DNA of 64,000 nucleotides from an uncultured cyanobacterium (GTDB lineage Bacteria; Cyanobacteriota; Cyanobacteriia; Cyanobacteriales; CAWCAG01): NCBI GenBank assembly GCA_963793425.1, contig CAWCAG010000007.1, positions 544,001 to 608,000 of the forward strand, read 5' to 3'. Shown piece by piece: positions 62,416 to 64,000 of this stretch (position 1 is its first letter; each line of letters starts with the position of its first letter). The notes under the pieces were generated by a model. It saw only the letters and a program-made list of their open reading frames with translations, ran no database searches and was not told where the DNA came from. The position numbers and the translations under genes were made by a program.

Positions 62416-63357
62416 TTAAGATATTACTAACTCAGCGATTAAAGGCAAATGGTCAGAGCCAACATCTCCACCAACTTTAATATCAGTAACAGTTATTTCT
62501 GGACTAACTAAACAATGATCTAAAGGAATACGTAGGGGAAGTAAGTTAGTTGGCCAAGTTGGTAAAATGCCAAACCCTAAACGAGCATTTACTAAACCTG
62601 TATTACGAATAAAGCGACGATAAATAGGCGACCACATAGTCAAATTAAAATCTCCTAAAACAATCTTTAAGGCATCACTTTGTTGGAGATATTTACTAGT
62701 TTCTTCTAGCTGTTGGTTACGTAAATAAAAGTAGGATTCATTAATCGGAGGTACAGGATGAATGGCAGTTAAATTAATGATTTTTCCTGCAACTTCTACA
62801 TCAGCAATTAATTCTGGAATCTGTGCTGTTAGCCACTTTGTCGACTGATTTTCTAAAGGAAAGCTGCTATAAATCCCCATGCCAAAATTATTTTCTTGGG
62901 GTAAGACAAAATTGTGGGGTAAAATATCGCTAATACTTTCTAATTCTTTTGCCCAAGCTGTATTTAATTCTTGTACCACTAATATTTGGGGTTTTTCTGC
63001 TCTAACTAAGTCAATAAATTCAGCATAATTCTGATTACTGCTCAAAATATTACTCTGCATCACTTCAATAGTTGCATCTGATTGAGGCGTATTTGCTTCT
63101 GAGTTATTAATGTACCAAGGCACAACTTCTACGGCATTGAGACTGATACAAAATAAACAAAGTAAACACCACTTTCTTTGGCAATAAATAGCTAGTATAA
63201 TTAGTAAGATTAAACTCAACACTAAATACTGAAAGCGAAAGTGAACCGTTAATTCCAACCAGCGTTCAAACCCTCCTAAATAACCTGCTAAGGAGAATAA
63301 AGTACAAAGTACTGCTTCTAAAATACTTAAGGTGAGAAAAATTCTTTTCCAAGTCAT
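62416..63357 (-). CDS. Endonuclease/exonuclease/phosphatase family membrane protein
   Basis: VVQE, GDFN, PTWP, LDH and GSDHLP motifs. Confidence 0.9.
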   Translation of the reverse strand: MTWKRIFLTLSILEAVLCTLFSLAGYLGGFERWLELTVHFRFQYLVLSLILLIILAIYCQRKWCLLCLFCISLNAVEVVPWYINNSEANTPQSDATIEVMQSNILSSNQNYAEFIDLVRAEKPQILVVQELNTAWAKELESISDILPHNFVLPQENNFGMGIYSSFPLENQSTKWLTAQIPELIADVEVAGKIINLTAIHPVPPINESYFYLRNQQLEETSKYLQQSDALKIVLGDFNLTMWSPIYRRFIRNTGLVNARLGFGILPTWPTNLLPLRIPLDHCLVSPEITVTDIKVGGDVGSDHLPLIAELVIS

Positions 63358-63567
63358 TAGCAAGTTTCCTTTATGCTACAGGTTTAAATAACGGTAGAAG
63401 CATATTTAGGACTTAGGACTTACGCAGTGGAACGAAAAATTAGGAGTTACAGGCACAATCGTGCATAAGTTTTGATCTTGAAACTAAAAGCTGGTAAAAA
63501 TCTTTCCCATACTAACACTTGGTCAAAGTCATGCTAAGAAATATTGAAGACAACCAGCCTTCAGTAA

Positions 63568-64000
63568 CTAACTTAACTGCACAACAACTTGATTTATTAA
63601 AAGAGTTTCATTAGTAAGCAAATCTTCTACAGTGAGGCGTAAGAATCTTTCTTTATCTACATAAAACTCTAACTTAACGCGATCGCTGCCAGGATTTCCT
63701 AAAGGTTCTAGTTTCGCTATAGTCCTCGCCCCTTCTTGATCATTAAGGGGTTGAACAGTAGTTTCTCCTGTACCAATGCTACGAGTAACTAAGCGATCGC
63801 CATCAAAATAAACCTCCGTTCCCCCAGTATCTGTCCCCAATTCCCCAATAATTAACTCAATACTAGGTTGATCAGCAACAGAGGCACTCAGAATCAACTC
63901 TATGGGTTTATTCATAGGATAGGGCTGCCCGGATTGTATTAAGCTATGCCAGCTATGACAATTTTCTTTACGATTCCAATAGCGGATGCCGTAACTGTGG
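63568..64000 (-). CDS. C-terminus of a cyanobacterial Hsp70-family protein (runs off the window)
   Basis: Open frame to the window edge: HSYGIRYWNR..HSWH..GQPYPM..PIEL.L.AS..QPSIELIIGE. Confidence 0.65.
   Translation of the reverse strand, partial: HSYGIRYWNRKENCHSWHSLIQSGQPYPMNKPIELILSASVADQPSIELIIGELGTDTGGTEVYFDGDRLVTRSIGTGETTVQPLNDQEGARTIAKLEPLGNPGSDRVKLEFYVDKERFLRLTVEDLLTNETLLINQVVVQLS

Overview
A 64-kb chromosomal window from a cyanobacterium, shown by psbB, psbT, psbK, GUN4, a Cph2-like photoreceptor and frequent HIP1 (GCGATCGC) octamers. It is mostly housekeeping genes: gloA, cobS, tgt, rpsA, nrdR, cdsA, cbiT, ychF, rlmB, mini-III, carA, smpB, icd, clpP, miaE and rsmG. An accessory, rearranged block at about 32.3-41.1 kb holds (i) a ~517-bp internally deleted IS200/IS605 tnpB element that keeps both ends and the 3' omega-RNA region, and (ii) a 5'-truncated eCIS-type AAA ATPase joined back-to-back to a 5'-truncated Tgl-like (transglutaminase-fold) putative effector. 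That effector is followed by two exported-protein genes, one split at an A_AAA_AAG slippery site, and a kptA fragment lies nearby. Other notable items are a PatX-like small secreted protein carrying RGDGR instead of RGSGR, a tandem two-globin gene divergent from the Cph2-like c-di-GMP photoreceptor, HIP1-targeted micro-insertions, a probable ATT start codon, several predicted pseudo-enzymes, and a one-base icd frameshift that looks like a sequencing artefact. All family assignments come from motif recognition by eye; no database searches were run. No rRNA, tRNA or CRISPR array was recognised.
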